Of a stretch of 64,000 nucleotides of DNA, positions 17,639-28,063 are shown piece after piece. A program made the translations under genes and the position numbers. Numbering within the stretch: the stretch's first letter is position 1; each line of letters begins with the position of its first letter. The notes beneath the pieces were generated by a model. That model had not been told where the DNA came from and ran no database searches. It worked only from the letters and a program-made list of their open reading frames with translations. The stretch comes from an uncultured Holophaga sp. (lineage in GTDB: Bacteria > Acidobacteriota > Holophagae > Holophagales > Holophagaceae): the NCBI GenBank assembly GCA_963664825.1, contig OY761614.1, forward strand, positions 352,001-416,000, given 5' to 3'.

Positions 17639-19003
17639 CTACACCTCGTCCGTGCTGCGTTCCATTTCTCGGTACCGCGCGTACTCGGCCTCGAAGTAGA
17701 GCGGCACGATGCCCGTGGGGCCGTTGCGGTGTTTGGCGATGATCAGCTCGGCGCTGCGATCCTCGTCCTCGCCTTCCATGGCAGGCTTCATCTTCCGGTG
17801 GATGAACATCACGATATCGGCATCCTGCTCGATGGCGCCGGAATCACGCAAGTCCGAGAGCTGGGGCCGGCCACCCTGGCGGTGTTCGACCTCGCGGTTG
17901 AGCTGGGAGAGCACGACCACGGGGATCTTGTGTTCCTTGGCCAGCAGCTTGAAGGCGCGGCTGATCTCGCCAATGCGCACGGCCTCACTCTGCTTGGCGG
18001 CGCGACTATCCTGGGGACTGCTCAGCAGCTGGAGGTAGTCCACGATGACCAGGTCCAGTTTCTGGTTGGCCTGAGCCAGGTGGCGCTCCACCATGGCCAT
18101 GATCTCCCGCACGGTGATGGCGGCCTGATCGTTGAGAAAGATGGGCAGCGCCCGGAGATCGTCCCGGGCCGCCAGCAGCTTGGCCTGCACGGCGTCGTTG
18201 AAGGCTCCCGCCTGGACGGCCTTCATGTTCACGGTGGCCTTGGCCGCCAGCAGGCGGTTGAAGACCTCCTCGTTGGACATCTCCAGGCTGAAGAAGGCCC
18301 CGTGGGCCCGCTGACGGCTATCGGCCGAACGCAGCAGCCAATTGAGGGCGAGAGCCGTCTTGCCGATGCCGGGGCGGGCCGCCAGAATGATCAGATTGCC
18401 GGGCTGGAAGCCCTGGGTGATCCCGTCCAAACGCGAGAAGCCCACCCGCAGCCCCACGGAGCCCTTGCCTTCCAGGCGGTCCAGCAGCTTGTCCATGGCC
18501 ACGTCGGAGACATCGCCCACGTGCTCGAGACCCCGGCGATCCCTCCCTTGGGCCAACCGGAAGAGATCCTGGGCCGCCCGCTCCACCAGCGTCTCCGGGG
18601 GGGCCTCTTCCTCGGCGGCCTGGCGCACCAGCTGGGCTCCCAGGCGAATCAGCTGGCGCAGCTTGCGCTTGCGCACCAGGAGATCGGCCAGCACCTGGGG
18701 CTTGCCCACCTCTTCGCCGGAGAGCAGTTCCACCAGGCCCGCGTAGCCCCCCACCCGCCCCAGATCCCCAGCCTGATCCAGCGCGTCCTTCAGGGTGAGG
18801 GCATTGACCTCCACCTGGGCCTCGATGAGGCTGACCAGGGCCTTGAAGACCACCCGGTTGGCGGGATGGACGAAGTCCTCTTCCTTGAGTTGGAAACCGA
18901 TCTCGGCGGCGGCGGATTCGGCGCCGGGGGCGCAGCAGGTGGCTAACAGTGCACGCTCGGCGTCCACATCCTCAGGCAGTCGTTCGGGAACCCACTCAGC
19001 CAT
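17639..19003 (-). CDS. dnaB: Replicative DNA helicase DnaB
   Basis: AARPGIGKT, FSLEM, IVDYLQL, LSQLNR, DLRDSGAIEQDAD, IIAKHRNGPTG. Confidence 0.97.
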   Translation of the reverse strand: MAEWVPERLPEDVDAERALLATCCAPGAESAAAEIGFQLKEEDFVHPANRVVFKALVSLIEAQVEVNALTLKDALDQAGDLGRVGGYAGLVELLSGEEVGKPQVLADLLVRKRKLRQLIRLGAQLVRQAAEEEAPPETLVERAAQDLFRLAQGRDRRGLEHVGDVSDVAMDKLLDRLEGKGSVGLRVGFSRLDGITQGFQPGNLIILAARPGIGKTALALNWLLRSADSRQRAHGAFFSLEMSNEEVFNRLLAAKATVNMKAVQAGAFNDAVQAKLLAARDDLRALPIFLNDQAAITVREIMAMVERHLAQANQKLDLVIVDYLQLLSSPQDSRAAKQSEAVRIGEISRAFKLLAKEHKIPVVVLSQLNREVEHRQGGRPQLSDLRDSGAIEQDADIVMFIHRKMKPAMEGEDEDRSAELIIAKHRNGPTGIVPLYFEAEYARYREMERSTDEV

Positions 19004-19085
19004 GGCCTATCCCTCCGCTGGCAAAAACGGAGGGATGAGGGAAAAACCTCCGGCGGGGAGCCGGCCCATCATTCGAAGCATGGCA

Positions 19086-22000
19086 TCAGAGCCCGGGAGC
19101 CATGTACCCGCCCCCGGTGGTATCGACGAAGATGGGGTTGGTGATGGCGATGGGATAGATGCCCTTCATCAGTAGATTCCAGGGTGTTCCAGCCTGATAG
19201 GCCCCCGTGGTGGAAAGGGGCACACCGGCCTCCACCAACACCCAGGCATCCTTGTCTGTGGGTAGGGTCAGAGTGTAGGTGCCCCGGGTCAGGCGCTTGT
19301 CATAGGCGGCATCAGTGGTCGCCAGGGGTTTGAGCTGGGTGATATCCAGGATCTGGGTGCTTCCGTTGATGGTCACGCGCAGTTCGTTCACGGGCACCCA
19401 TTCCGGGGCCCAGAGATTCACGGTGAGTGTGACTGAAGCAATGGGAGTGGACGTGGAGACCAGCCCGCCGGGGCCCACCGCTACCGTGCCACCCGCAGCC
19501 GTGAGGGTCACATCCAACAGGGGGCCCGTGGAAGCCACGGCGGCTCCGGATTGCAGGGCCTTGAGCACGGGAGACATATCGGCCTGGGTGAAGCCTGTGG
19601 CCTTCAGGTAGGTGCGAGCCAGGCCCACGGGCGTATCGAGGCTGAACCTGGCCGAGGAGAGACCGAGCCCCTTGGTGAAGAAGGTCGGGGTCTGCTGCTT
19701 GAGGAGGGAGAACCAATCGGCGCGGACGGCTTTGAATTCCGTGAACCAGGCCGTGGCGTTGTCCGCGACCTGAAGGCTGAGGGGTTGTCCATTGGCATCG
19801 GAACTTTCCCCCCGGAGCAGCTCCAGGGCGTCGAAGGCCCCTTGGGTCTTTCCACCGGCCAGGAAGCTGGAGGTGGACCACCAGGCATTGGCCCCCTGCC
19901 CTAGCTTCACCGTGGGATCGAACTGCTTCTGGGTGAAGAGTCCCTGGGGGCCGCGGGGGCGGTGGATCACGGTGTACTGGCCCTCGGCCTGGACCAGAAA
20001 ATCGGCCAGGGTCCAGGTCTTAGGATCCCGGGCCCCGCCGTTCCGCTCGTTGCGGGGCGTGGGAGTGAAGAGCGCCGTGGCGAACCCGTAGGCGCCTAGA
20101 TCCGAGCTGCGCGCTTCGATGACGAAGGGATCCGATCCGATGACGGTCCGATCCGCATCCACGATGGTCGACACCTGGAATTCGTTCCGGAAATTGGTAG
20201 CCACCCCCACCCCATCCATGAGGCGGTCCTTCTCGGTCATGCCCACCACCTGCACGCCTTCGGCCAGGGCTGAAGACAATTTTTCCACCGGAAGGATGGC
20301 CCCCGAGGTCGCCAGGGAAGGTCCGGGCAGATCGAAATTCGTCCAGCCCGAAGGCAGGGCCATGGTCTCCGCGGTGAAGACGTGGGAAGTGAGCGTCTGG
20401 CCGTCGAAGGCCTCCAGGGGCTGACTATCCAGCTGGGAGAGGGGCCCCCGAATGGCATAGGCCAGGTAAGAGCCCGGCGCCAGCCAGAAGGACATGGGGC
20501 TGCGGGAAGGCAGGGAAGCGGCGAAGACCTGGTTCCCGGCCAGGAAGCCGTAGACGCCGTAGTTGCTATCCACGGGCACGCAGGTCCGATAGACAGAGCT
20601 GAAGCTGCTGGAGAGGATGCGCGTCCGCTTGATGGACGGATCGGCGACGTTCTGTCCGAAGACCATGATGCGGGCGGGCTGGATGCTATTAGCCGTGCCA
20701 TCGAGTTGGCGGGTCGCGAAGCTGTGGGAGGTCACCTTATCGGCGATGACGGAGCCCAAGGGGCTCACGACACTGTCGTGTTCCGGGCAGATGTAATCAG
20801 CAGCACTGCTCGTGAAATAGGTGTTCTCGGTGGTGCTGTACTTCGGCACCACGACGGGCACCGGGAGATCCGGGTTGGCTGTATTGGTATTGGTATTGGT
20901 GTTCACGAGGTTATTGAACACCTTGGAACCAAGGGCATTCTCAACGGTCAGCCGGTAGGTCCCAACAGGCAGGATCAGGGAGAGCTGCGGGTAGTAGTAG
21001 CTCGTGCTGGTGGTCGTGTTCTCGAAAGGTTCCATCCACTCCAGGCGTTCCAACTTCCAGATGCCTCCCACATTCCGTTCGATACGGAACTGGGAGGGAT
21101 AGGGCCCCTGGCGCACGGCGGTGCCGGCTGGCTGGAAGACGAAACCGCCTCGATCCACCGACTGCCGGGTGAAACGATCGTAGTTCATGAGATTGAAGAG
21201 ACCCGAGGCCTGGTTGGCGATGCTCCCAGAGCTGCTGGTCCCGCCCGTGAGGTAGAGGCGCCTCGTATGGGTCATCGAAGCTCCCGCGGCCAGGTTCGCC
21301 ACCGGCAGCCCTCCCGCGATGAGCCGCTGAGGGAAGATGGGGCGCAGCTGATCCAGGACCTTCTGGGAATCGGAGGTCACCACCAGGCGATCCGTGTCCA
21401 TGGGCAGAAGCCCGAGGGTGGAATGGCCGTCCTCCGTGGTCCCCATGGGTTCCACGCCCATGAAGGCCACCATGGGCGCCTTCACAGCCAGGCTGAGATC
21501 ACCGAAGGTCGTGCCCACGCCGGTCTTGGCGAGGCTGGGAGAAGGGATCTCCATGCCCCAATCGCTCAGGGCCTTGTCATTCATGTCCTCGGAAGCCGGG
21601 ACATTGAAGCGGAAACCGCCGGAGATCTCCTGGGAAAGAAAATCGCCGATATTCCGAATGGGCAGGACAAGCGAGGTATTGTTCTTGACCGTGGTCTGGA
21701 GCAGGAAGAACTGATCAGCCTTCTGCAGGCTCACCACATGGGTCACGGAGACGCCCGTCACTCGCCCCAGGGAATCCACGGGCACGCCCAGCTTGCCCTT
21801 GGGGTCGTGGACATAACCCGTCATTTCGATGCGGCCCTCGGAATCGGAATTGATGGGCTTGAATTGATCGAAGACCAGGGAGATATCCGGATCCTGGTTC
21901 AGCACGGGCGTGAGCCGGTCCAGGGTATCCGTCGGCAGGGAAACCCGCTTGTAGTTCTGATCCAGGGCAATTTTCCCAGCATCGATGATGCTGCCCCCTC

Positions 22001-22298
22001 CGGGAGCTCCGGCCACACCTGGCCGCTCCCCGAAGGGCGTTCCATCCACGGCGAGCTCGAGATAATCGTTCCCAAGGTAGAAATCGCTGGGGGCACCCTG
22101 GGCCTTGAGGCCCTGGACGCGGTCACCCCCCACCTCGGAAATCTCTTCGGAAACCACGTCCGGACGCTGAATTCCCGTCGCGCGATAGCACCCTAAGCCG
22201 GGCAGGGCCACCAGGATGGCCGCCACCCAGGGCAGGGGCAGGCACCGAGAAGTCGGCACAGGGGAAGTGGAAAGGATGGAATTTGCGTGCTGCTTCAT
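19086..22298 (-). CDS. Large lipoprotein with a C-terminal CehA/McbA-like PHP-fold domain, metal ligands degenerate
   Basis: 1070-aa ORF; lipobox-like GLGC; AEGVQVVGMTE, FDALELL.G, VGLARTYL, STGPLL, AITNPIFVD. Confidence 0.65.
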   Translation of the reverse strand: MKQHANSILSTSPVPTSRCLPLPWVAAILVALPGLGCYRATGIQRPDVVSEEISEVGGDRVQGLKAQGAPSDFYLGNDYLELAVDGTPFGERPGVAGAPGGGSIIDAGKIALDQNYKRVSLPTDTLDRLTPVLNQDPDISLVFDQFKPINSDSEGRIEMTGYVHDPKGKLGVPVDSLGRVTGVSVTHVVSLQKADQFFLLQTTVKNNTSLVLPIRNIGDFLSQEISGGFRFNVPASEDMNDKALSDWGMEIPSPSLAKTGVGTTFGDLSLAVKAPMVAFMGVEPMGTTEDGHSTLGLLPMDTDRLVVTSDSQKVLDQLRPIFPQRLIAGGLPVANLAAGASMTHTRRLYLTGGTSSSGSIANQASGLFNLMNYDRFTRQSVDRGGFVFQPAGTAVRQGPYPSQFRIERNVGGIWKLERLEWMEPFENTTTSTSYYYPQLSLILPVGTYRLTVENALGSKVFNNLVNTNTNTNTANPDLPVPVVVPKYSTTENTYFTSSAADYICPEHDSVVSPLGSVIADKVTSHSFATRQLDGTANSIQPARIMVFGQNVADPSIKRTRILSSSFSSVYRTCVPVDSNYGVYGFLAGNQVFAASLPSRSPMSFWLAPGSYLAYAIRGPLSQLDSQPLEAFDGQTLTSHVFTAETMALPSGWTNFDLPGPSLATSGAILPVEKLSSALAEGVQVVGMTEKDRLMDGVGVATNFRNEFQVSTIVDADRTVIGSDPFVIEARSSDLGAYGFATALFTPTPRNERNGGARDPKTWTLADFLVQAEGQYTVIHRPRGPQGLFTQKQFDPTVKLGQGANAWWSTSSFLAGGKTQGAFDALELLRGESSDANGQPLSLQVADNATAWFTEFKAVRADWFSLLKQQTPTFFTKGLGLSSARFSLDTPVGLARTYLKATGFTQADMSPVLKALQSGAAVASTGPLLDVTLTAAGGTVAVGPGGLVSTSTPIASVTLTVNLWAPEWVPVNELRVTINGSTQILDITQLKPLATTDAAYDKRLTRGTYTLTLPTDKDAWVLVEAGVPLSTTGAYQAGTPWNLLMKGIYPIAITNPIFVDTTGGGYMAPGL

Positions 22299-22351
22299 CA
22301 GGGGATGCTCCCGGTGGGACCCGGTGGGGTAAGGGTCTATGCTAACTCACG

Positions 22352-23047
22352 ATGCGTTTCTCTGCCTTGACGAGTCTTGCCGGGGGTCCCTGGCGCCGCC
22401 TTTGGATCGCCCTGGCGCTCCTTCTCACTGGGGATCTGCTCTGGACCCTGGGAAGGTTCCCCGCTCAGGCCGCCGGGAGGATCCGAACGGAAGGGACCCT
22501 GCCCTCCGAGGGGATGCCCGTACTGGTCCTGGGAGCCAGCGTGCTGCCCGGCCGCGAACCCAACCAGGTGCTCCAGGGGCGCCTCCAAACGGCTCTTCGA
22601 CTCTACCAGAGCGGCCGGGTCCGCTGGTTCCTCGTCTCCGGCGATAATCGCAGTTCCTATTACAACGAACCCCAGGCCATGCGGAAGTGGCTTCTCCGAC
22701 AGGGCGTTCCGGCCAACCGCATCCTGGCCGACTATGCCGGGCGGCGCACCTACGACAGCCTGCGCAGAGCCCAAGTGGTCTTCGGTCTCCACAGGATCGT
22801 GATCGTCACCTCGGACTTCCATCTCCCCAGGGCCATCTTCGTCGCCCAGCATCTGGGCCTGGAGACCTGGGGGGTCGCCGCCCCCACCGAAGGTCATGCC
22901 TTCTTCCAGCGCCTGGGTTTCTGGACGCGGGAATACGCCGCCCGCCACGTGGCCCTCCTGGATGTCTGGTTCCCTCCCAACACCATGCTCGGCCCCCGGG
23001 AGCCCACGCCCGATGATTGGCTGAGCCCCGACAAGACCACGCCCTGA
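22352..23047 (+). CDS. SanA/YdcF (DUF218) family protein
   Basis: LVLGASV, LVSGDN...YNEP..MR, DYAGRRTYDS..RA..VFG, FHLPRA.F, REY.AR. Confidence 0.9.
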   Translation: MRFSALTSLAGGPWRRLWIALALLLTGDLLWTLGRFPAQAAGRIRTEGTLPSEGMPVLVLGASVLPGREPNQVLQGRLQTALRLYQSGRVRWFLVSGDNRSSYYNEPQAMRKWLLRQGVPANRILADYAGRRTYDSLRRAQVVFGLHRIVIVTSDFHLPRAIFVAQHLGLETWGVAAPTEGHAFFQRLGFWTREYAARHVALLDVWFPPNTMLGPREPTPDDWLSPDKTTP

Positions 23048-23094
23048 AGGCCATCGGCCCGGGTGCCCTTCGACTCCGGCGGGGTGCCCTCGAA

Positions 23095-24363
23095 TCAGAG
23101 GCCCCCGTCCCCCCAGGCCCCCTTCCGGAATTCCAGGCATAGCCAGAGCGCGAAGAGGAGAGAGGCCGCACCCAGCGCGCCATAGGCGCACGTGGGCCGC
23201 AGGGACTTGAGCGGGATGTAGAGGGCACTCGCTCCCGCCATGCCCGCGAAGGACGCGCAATTGGCGCTGGCCCAGACGGCGCCTCTGCGCTCAGGAGCAG
23301 GGCGGATCTGAAGGAAACTCTCGCAGGGAATGAGGAAGAGCCCGCCGGCCGCCCCCGCCAGGCCGATGGCGCCATAGAGGAAGGGCACCTGGAGGAGCGA
23401 GGGCAGAGCGGGAATGGCCGCGATGACTCCCATCAGGAGGCCCATGGCCGTGGCCGCGGGGATGAGCACCCTGAACCATCGAGCCCCCTTGGCGAAGCGG
23501 GCCGCCAGGAGCCCGCCCCCGGCCAGCCCAATCAACTGGGCGGCCACCAGCAGGCTGGTGCGGGTCTCTCCCAGATGGAATTCCCGGAGGCCCAGGGTAT
23601 TGATGATCAGGAGCTGGAAGACGCCCACGGCCCAGATGAATACATCCGCCAGTAAGATCCGCCCCAGTTGGTGGTCCTTCCAGATGCGCCCCAGTTCCCG
23701 CAAGGTATCCAAGGGCCCCGCCCATGGGAAGGGACGCCCGGTGTCTGCCGCGGCTCGGGTGGGGATGGCGAGGCTCACCACCAGGCCCGTCAGGCTGAAG
23801 AGGATCACGGCGCAGGCCACCACGCCCCGGCCATGGGGGGCGCCGAAGAGGGCAATCCCCTTGAGGTCCAGGGCAAATCCAGCCAGGGTGACGCCCACGA
23901 GGATCCCCACGGTGACGATCATGCGGAGCAGGGCATTGACCTTGGTCACCTGGGCCGAGGGAAAGAGCTCCGGGATCGAACCGTTCAACGCGGGGCTGAA
24001 GAAGGTGGACTGGAGCCCCATCAGGCCCACCATGCCCACCATGAGCCAGAGGTGGCCCGTGATCACCCCGGCCGCCCCCAGGAAAGCCGCCAGCAATTCC
24101 ATGGTCTTGGCGGCGATGACTACCCTCCGCTTGGGGTAGCGATCCGCCATCCAGCCTGCCGGTGCGGCAAAGCAAAGGAAGGGGAGGGTGAAGGCCAGGC
24201 CGGCCAAGCCCTGGAACCGCTCCTGACCGGCGACCACGGCCAAGAGCATCACGGCCTGCTTGAAGAAATTGTCGTTGAAGGTGCCCATGAAATAGGCGCC
24301 CGCCATGGCGGCGAAGGCAGCTCGGCCCTGGGGGAAGGGAGCGGCTTCAAGAGTTTCCGACAC
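23095..24363 (-). CDS. MFS transporter, LplT/Aas-like
   Basis: FNDNFFK, PAGWMADRYPKRRV, QSTFFSPA..G.IPE; about 12 TM; GTG start after GAGGA (TTG at 24375 is an alternative). Confidence 0.8.
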   Translation of the reverse strand: MSETLEAAPFPQGRAAFAAMAGAYFMGTFNDNFFKQAVMLLAVVAGQERFQGLAGLAFTLPFLCFAAPAGWMADRYPKRRVVIAAKTMELLAAFLGAAGVITGHLWLMVGMVGLMGLQSTFFSPALNGSIPELFPSAQVTKVNALLRMIVTVGILVGVTLAGFALDLKGIALFGAPHGRGVVACAVILFSLTGLVVSLAIPTRAAADTGRPFPWAGPLDTLRELGRIWKDHQLGRILLADVFIWAVGVFQLLIINTLGLREFHLGETRTSLLVAAQLIGLAGGGLLAARFAKGARWFRVLIPAATAMGLLMGVIAAIPALPSLLQVPFLYGAIGLAGAAGGLFLIPCESFLQIRPAPERRGAVWASANCASFAGMAGASALYIPLKSLRPTCAYGALGAASLLFALWLCLEFRKGAWGDGGL

Positions 24364-24534
24364 GAATCCTCGCAAAAAAAGGAGACCGACAGGCCCGATT
24401 GTAGCGGTTGAGCGCGACCTTCCTGCAATTCAAGGTATGGAATAAACCGTTCGGCCGCCTGCTCCGAAGACTCCTAGTCAGGGCGCGGCCCTTGCCGCAT
24501 CATGTCACGAGGCTAGGTTCTTTCAGAGGTCCCC

Positions 24535-25281
24535 ATGTCCGAATCCCCGCTCATCCGGCTGCGCAATATCACCAAGGTCTACCTGATGGGTGACATGGAA
24601 GTGCGAGCCCTGGATGGGGTCGACCTCGATATCCAACGCGGCGAGTACGTGGCCATCATGGGCCCCAGCGGATCGGGCAAATCCACCATGATGAACATGA
24701 TCGGCTGCCTGGACAGCCCCACCTCCGGCAGCTATGACCTGAACGGCAAGGTGGTCTCGGCCATGTCCGACGACGAATTGGCCCAGATCCGCAACGAGGA
24801 GATCGGCTTCGTCTTCCAGACCTTCAATCTCCTAGCCCGTACCACCGCCATGCAGAATGTCGAACTGCCCCTCATCTATGCTGGCGTCACACCCGGTGAG
24901 CGACACACCATGTCCAAGAAGGCCCTGGAGAACGTGGGCCTCGGGGCACGCTCGGACCATATGCCCAACCAGCTCTCCGGCGGCCAACGCCAGCGCGTGG
25001 CCGTGGCCCGGGCCCTGGTGAACAACCCCTCGATTCTGCTGGCCGACGAGCCCACCGGCGCCTTGGACTCCAAGACCAGCATCGAGATCATGGCCCTCTT
25101 CGAGACCCTCTACCAGAAGGGCAACACCATCATCCTCGTGACCCACGAAGAGGATATCGCCCGGCACGCCCACCGCATCGTCAAGCTGTTGGACGGCAAG
25201 ATCAAGCACGACGAGCCCAATACTCCCATCACCCTGGAGCAGCATCTCGCCCACCTCCAGGCCTGGGCGGACCAGGACTGA
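24535..25281 (+). CDS. ABC ATP-binding protein, MacB/LolD/YknY-type, stand-alone
   Basis: [41 protein letters not shown]. Confidence 0.93.
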   Translation: MSESPLIRLRNITKVYLMGDMEVRALDGVDLDIQRGEYVAIMGPSGSGKSTMMNMIGCLDSPTSGSYDLNGKVVSAMSDDELAQIRNEEIGFVFQTFNLLARTTAMQNVELPLIYAGVTPGERHTMSKKALENVGLGARSDHMPNQLSGGQRQRVAVARALVNNPSILLADEPTGALDSKTSIEIMALFETLYQKGNTIILVTHEEDIARHAHRIVKLLDGKIKHDEPNTPITLEQHLAHLQAWADQD

Positions 25282-25282
25282 T

Positions 25283-27109
25283 CTACTTCAGCACGGGCAG
25301 TTCCAGGAAGGAGCCCTTCGCGCCCAGGAAGACGCGATGGGTGGCTTTCTGAAAATCCTCTGGCTTGGCCCCATAGATATCCATGAAGACCTGCGGATTG
25401 CGGTCCATGAGGGGAAACCAGCTGCTCTGTAATTGGACCATGAGTCGATGGCCCTTCTTGAAGGTGTGGCAGACATCGTTCAGCGGCCATTCCACCAGTG
25501 TCTGCTGGCCGGGCAGGAAGGGTTCTGGAATTTCCAGGCTCCTCCGGAACTTGCCCCGCATGACCTCCCCCCGCACCAGCTGCTGGTAACCCGCAAAGCG
25601 ATTGACCGGAGGTTCAAGGGGATCACCACTGATCTTCGCCTGGGGGTCGGGCATATCGTCCGGATAGACATCGACGACCTTCACCACCCAGTCGGCATCG
25701 GTGCCGCTGGTGCTCACTTCCAGATGGACCCGAATGGGCCCGGCCACCGTCAGATCCTCCTGGAGAGGCTCCCCCCGATAGACCAGGACATCGGGCCGAT
25801 TCGCCACGAAACGCTGATCGGCGGTCATGTACTCCACAGGCATCCCCGTAGCTAGACCATAGAAAAAGGGGACGGGCTTGGCCGGATCGCTGACAAATTC
25901 GTCGAAGCCTCCCCCGTCGGTAGCGGAACCCAACCCACCCCCCGGCCTGAAGAAGACACGGGTGGCCGCCGTTTCAGGGGGCCAGGCGTCCAACCGTCGC
26001 CAGCGGTTCACGCCGGTATTGAAGATCATGGCTCGGGGCAGCCCAGCCTCCCCCGCACCCTTCAGGTGCTGCATGAAGAAGGGAAAGAGGATCTCCTCCT
26101 GGAAGAAGACCGAAGTCTTGGAGCCGAAACGCACATCCCCGAGGCCTTCGCCCGGATCCCCTTCCCACTGGCCGTGATGCCAGGGCCCCATCACCAGGCG
26201 CGTGTCGGTGGTGGGGCTCTGGGCCCGCAGCGTCTTGAAGAGCTGAAGAGAACCGAAGAGGTTCTCCGCGTCGAACCAGCCTCCCACCGTCAGGACGGCG
26301 GGTTTCACGTCCTGTAGATGGGGCCGCAGGTTCCGTTGCTTCCAGTATTCGTCGTAGTTTCCGTGGGCCATCACCTCGTTCCAGAAGGGAAGCCCCCCAT
26401 GGAAGTGGCGTTCGTTCGCATTGGCCAGGGGACCCAAGCCCAGGAAGAAGGCATATCCGTCGCTGGTGCCGTGGGAGAAGGGAGCGCCGGGTGCCGACGT
26501 GGGCCCCGACCTGGGAGCGCCGAACCAGACTATGAAATTGAAGAGATGGGCCAGCCAGAGGGCGCCGTTGCGGTGGAAGTCGTCCCCCTGGAACCAGTCC
26601 AGGATGGGCGCCTGGGGGGATACGGCCTTCAGGGCCGGATGGGCATCCAGCATCCCGGCCGCAGCATAGAAACCCGGATAGCTGGTGCCCCACTGGCCGA
26701 CGCGGCCATTGTTCCGGGGCACATTCGCGAGCAGCCACTGGATGGTATCGAAGGTGTCGGTACTCTCGTCGATATCCCGGGGTTTGTGAGGGGTCAGATC
26801 CGTGAAACGCCCCCCGCTCATCATCCGCCCCCGAACGTCCTGGTAGACGAAGATGAAGCCCTCCCGCTGGAACCGGGGGGAGGGGCCGAGTTCCTCGGGA
26901 TAGGCATTTGGACCGTAGGGCGCCACGCCATAGGGAGTCCGGTTCAAGAGGATCGGGAGGCTGCGGCCCTTTTCACGCGGTGCATAGATCACCGTAAACA
27001 GCCGCGTCCCGTCCCGCATGGGCACCAGGACCTCCCGCTTGCCATAGTGGAGAGCCCCCTGGGCGCAGAGGACGGATGCACACAGGGTGACGGCGAAGGG
27101 CTGGATCAT
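25283..27109 (-). CDS. CocE/NonD-family hydrolase (alpha-amino acid ester hydrolase-like)
   Basis: VPMRDG..L, RTPYG, QDVRGR, WGTSYPG, GDDFH.NGA, GPWHHG, SSWFPL.DRNPQ. Confidence 0.92.
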   Translation of the reverse strand: MIQPFAVTLCASVLCAQGALHYGKREVLVPMRDGTRLFTVIYAPREKGRSLPILLNRTPYGVAPYGPNAYPEELGPSPRFQREGFIFVYQDVRGRMMSGGRFTDLTPHKPRDIDESTDTFDTIQWLLANVPRNNGRVGQWGTSYPGFYAAAGMLDAHPALKAVSPQAPILDWFQGDDFHRNGALWLAHLFNFIVWFGAPRSGPTSAPGAPFSHGTSDGYAFFLGLGPLANANERHFHGGLPFWNEVMAHGNYDEYWKQRNLRPHLQDVKPAVLTVGGWFDAENLFGSLQLFKTLRAQSPTTDTRLVMGPWHHGQWEGDPGEGLGDVRFGSKTSVFFQEEILFPFFMQHLKGAGEAGLPRAMIFNTGVNRWRRLDAWPPETAATRVFFRPGGGLGSATDGGGFDEFVSDPAKPVPFFYGLATGMPVEYMTADQRFVANRPDVLVYRGEPLQEDLTVAGPIRVHLEVSTSGTDADWVVKVVDVYPDDMPDPQAKISGDPLEPPVNRFAGYQQLVRGEVMRGKFRRSLEIPEPFLPGQQTLVEWPLNDVCHTFKKGHRLMVQLQSSWFPLMDRNPQVFMDIYGAKPEDFQKATHRVFLGAKGSFLELPVLK

Positions 27110-27140
27110 GGGCGCTCCGACGCCATTGTGCCAGTGAATG

Positions 27141-27170
27141 TCAAAGCGCCGGGCAAGCCCGGCGCCTTGA
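27141..27170. terminator. Terminator-like hairpin downstream of the repeat protein gene
   Basis: TCAAAGCGCCGGGC-AA-GCCCGGCGCCTTGA. Confidence 0.65.
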
Positions 27171-27187
27171 AGCGGAAAGGCGAACCA

Positions 27188-28030
27188 TCAGCCCTTGGGC
27201 TGGACGGAGGCCGGGGCCTCCTTGGCTTCAGGACCCGCCTTGGCATCTTCCTTCTTCTGGGCCCAGATGCCGGTGACGATGGGTGCATCATTCACCGTCT
27301 TCTTGGCCGGATCCCAGCTGCGCGTCACGTTGATCGTGAAGGGATTGCCCTTGGAAGACATCCAGCCGGGATCATCCACGATCACGTAGACGCTGCGGAC
27401 TTCCTTGGTCGGATTGGTGTAATTCACCTCGGGGTTGCCCGTGGGGATGAGGTTCTGGAGCATGCCCTGTTCGAGGCGCCCCCACTTGTTGACCATAGCG
27501 AGCCGGAACCAGCCCTCGTTGGGGTGATGGAGCCGAACATGAATGTTTTCCCCCGGGGGCACGCGGAACCCGTAGGCAATCCAGCCGGCCGGGAATTCCG
27601 AGACGCCCGTAAATTCGTTCACCTCTTCGCCGATGGGGTAGACGGCGATGAAGCCTTGGCGGGACATGACCTGGATTTCTTTCATGATATCCCGGTGCCG
27701 CCAGAACTTGGGCGTCGGCCTTACCATGCACCTGGGCATGGGCCTGGGGGTGATGATGGCGTTGGTGGCGGGGCGGATCGGGCGTTCCACGGTGGGACGC
27801 TGCACACCGGGCCGATCCATACTTGGCCGATTCCCCGTCGGACGGTCCACACTGGGCCGGTCCATGGTCGGCCTGTCCACACTGGGCCGATCCACCGTCG
27901 GGCGTTGCACGGAAGGACGTTCCACGGCGCGCCTGTCCTGGGCGGAGACCAAGCCGGTCCCGAAAACGGTGAGTCCGAGGGCGAGACCACCCAGCCTGCG
28001 ACCAGCGCTAGTCATTGGGTATATGGACAT
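27188..28030 (-). CDS. Secreted hypothetical protein with RP[ST]V[DEQ] pentapeptide repeats and a beta-rich C-terminal domain
   Basis: AGGAGG RBS, signal peptide, 9 RPxxx units. Confidence 0.75.
   Translation of the reverse strand: MSIYPMTSAGRRLGGLALGLTVFGTGLVSAQDRRAVERPSVQRPTVDRPSVDRPTMDRPSVDRPTGNRPSMDRPGVQRPTVERPIRPATNAIITPRPMPRCMVRPTPKFWRHRDIMKEIQVMSRQGFIAVYPIGEEVNEFTGVSEFPAGWIAYGFRVPPGENIHVRLHHPNEGWFRLAMVNKWGRLEQGMLQNLIPTGNPEVNYTNPTKEVRSVYVIVDDPGWMSSKGNPFTINVTRSWDPAKKTVNDAPIVTGIWAQKKEDAKAGPEAKEAPASVQPKG
27779..27934 (-). repeat. Degenerate 15-bp coding tandem repeat
   Basis: Encodes RPSVQ RPTVD RPSVD RPTMD RPSVD RPTGN RPSMD RPGVQ RPTVE. Confidence 0.9.
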
Positions 28031-28063
28031 GCTGCCTCCTATCGGGAAATTTGGATTTTAGTC

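Noticed and set aside
20382..22196. 604-aa plus-strand ORF, and similar long ORFs at 17447-18946, 26318-28246, 28135-30168 and 60977-63391
   Set aside because: These are antisense shadows of well-supported genes in high-GC DNA and show no recognisable motifs
23061..23094. Short direct repeat GGGTGCCCT(T)CGA between the SanA-family and MFS genes
   Set aside because: Two short GC-rich copies only; too little to interpret
27779..27934. Repeat array as a CRISPR
   Set aside because: In-frame degenerate 15-bp coding units with no spacers and no cas genes
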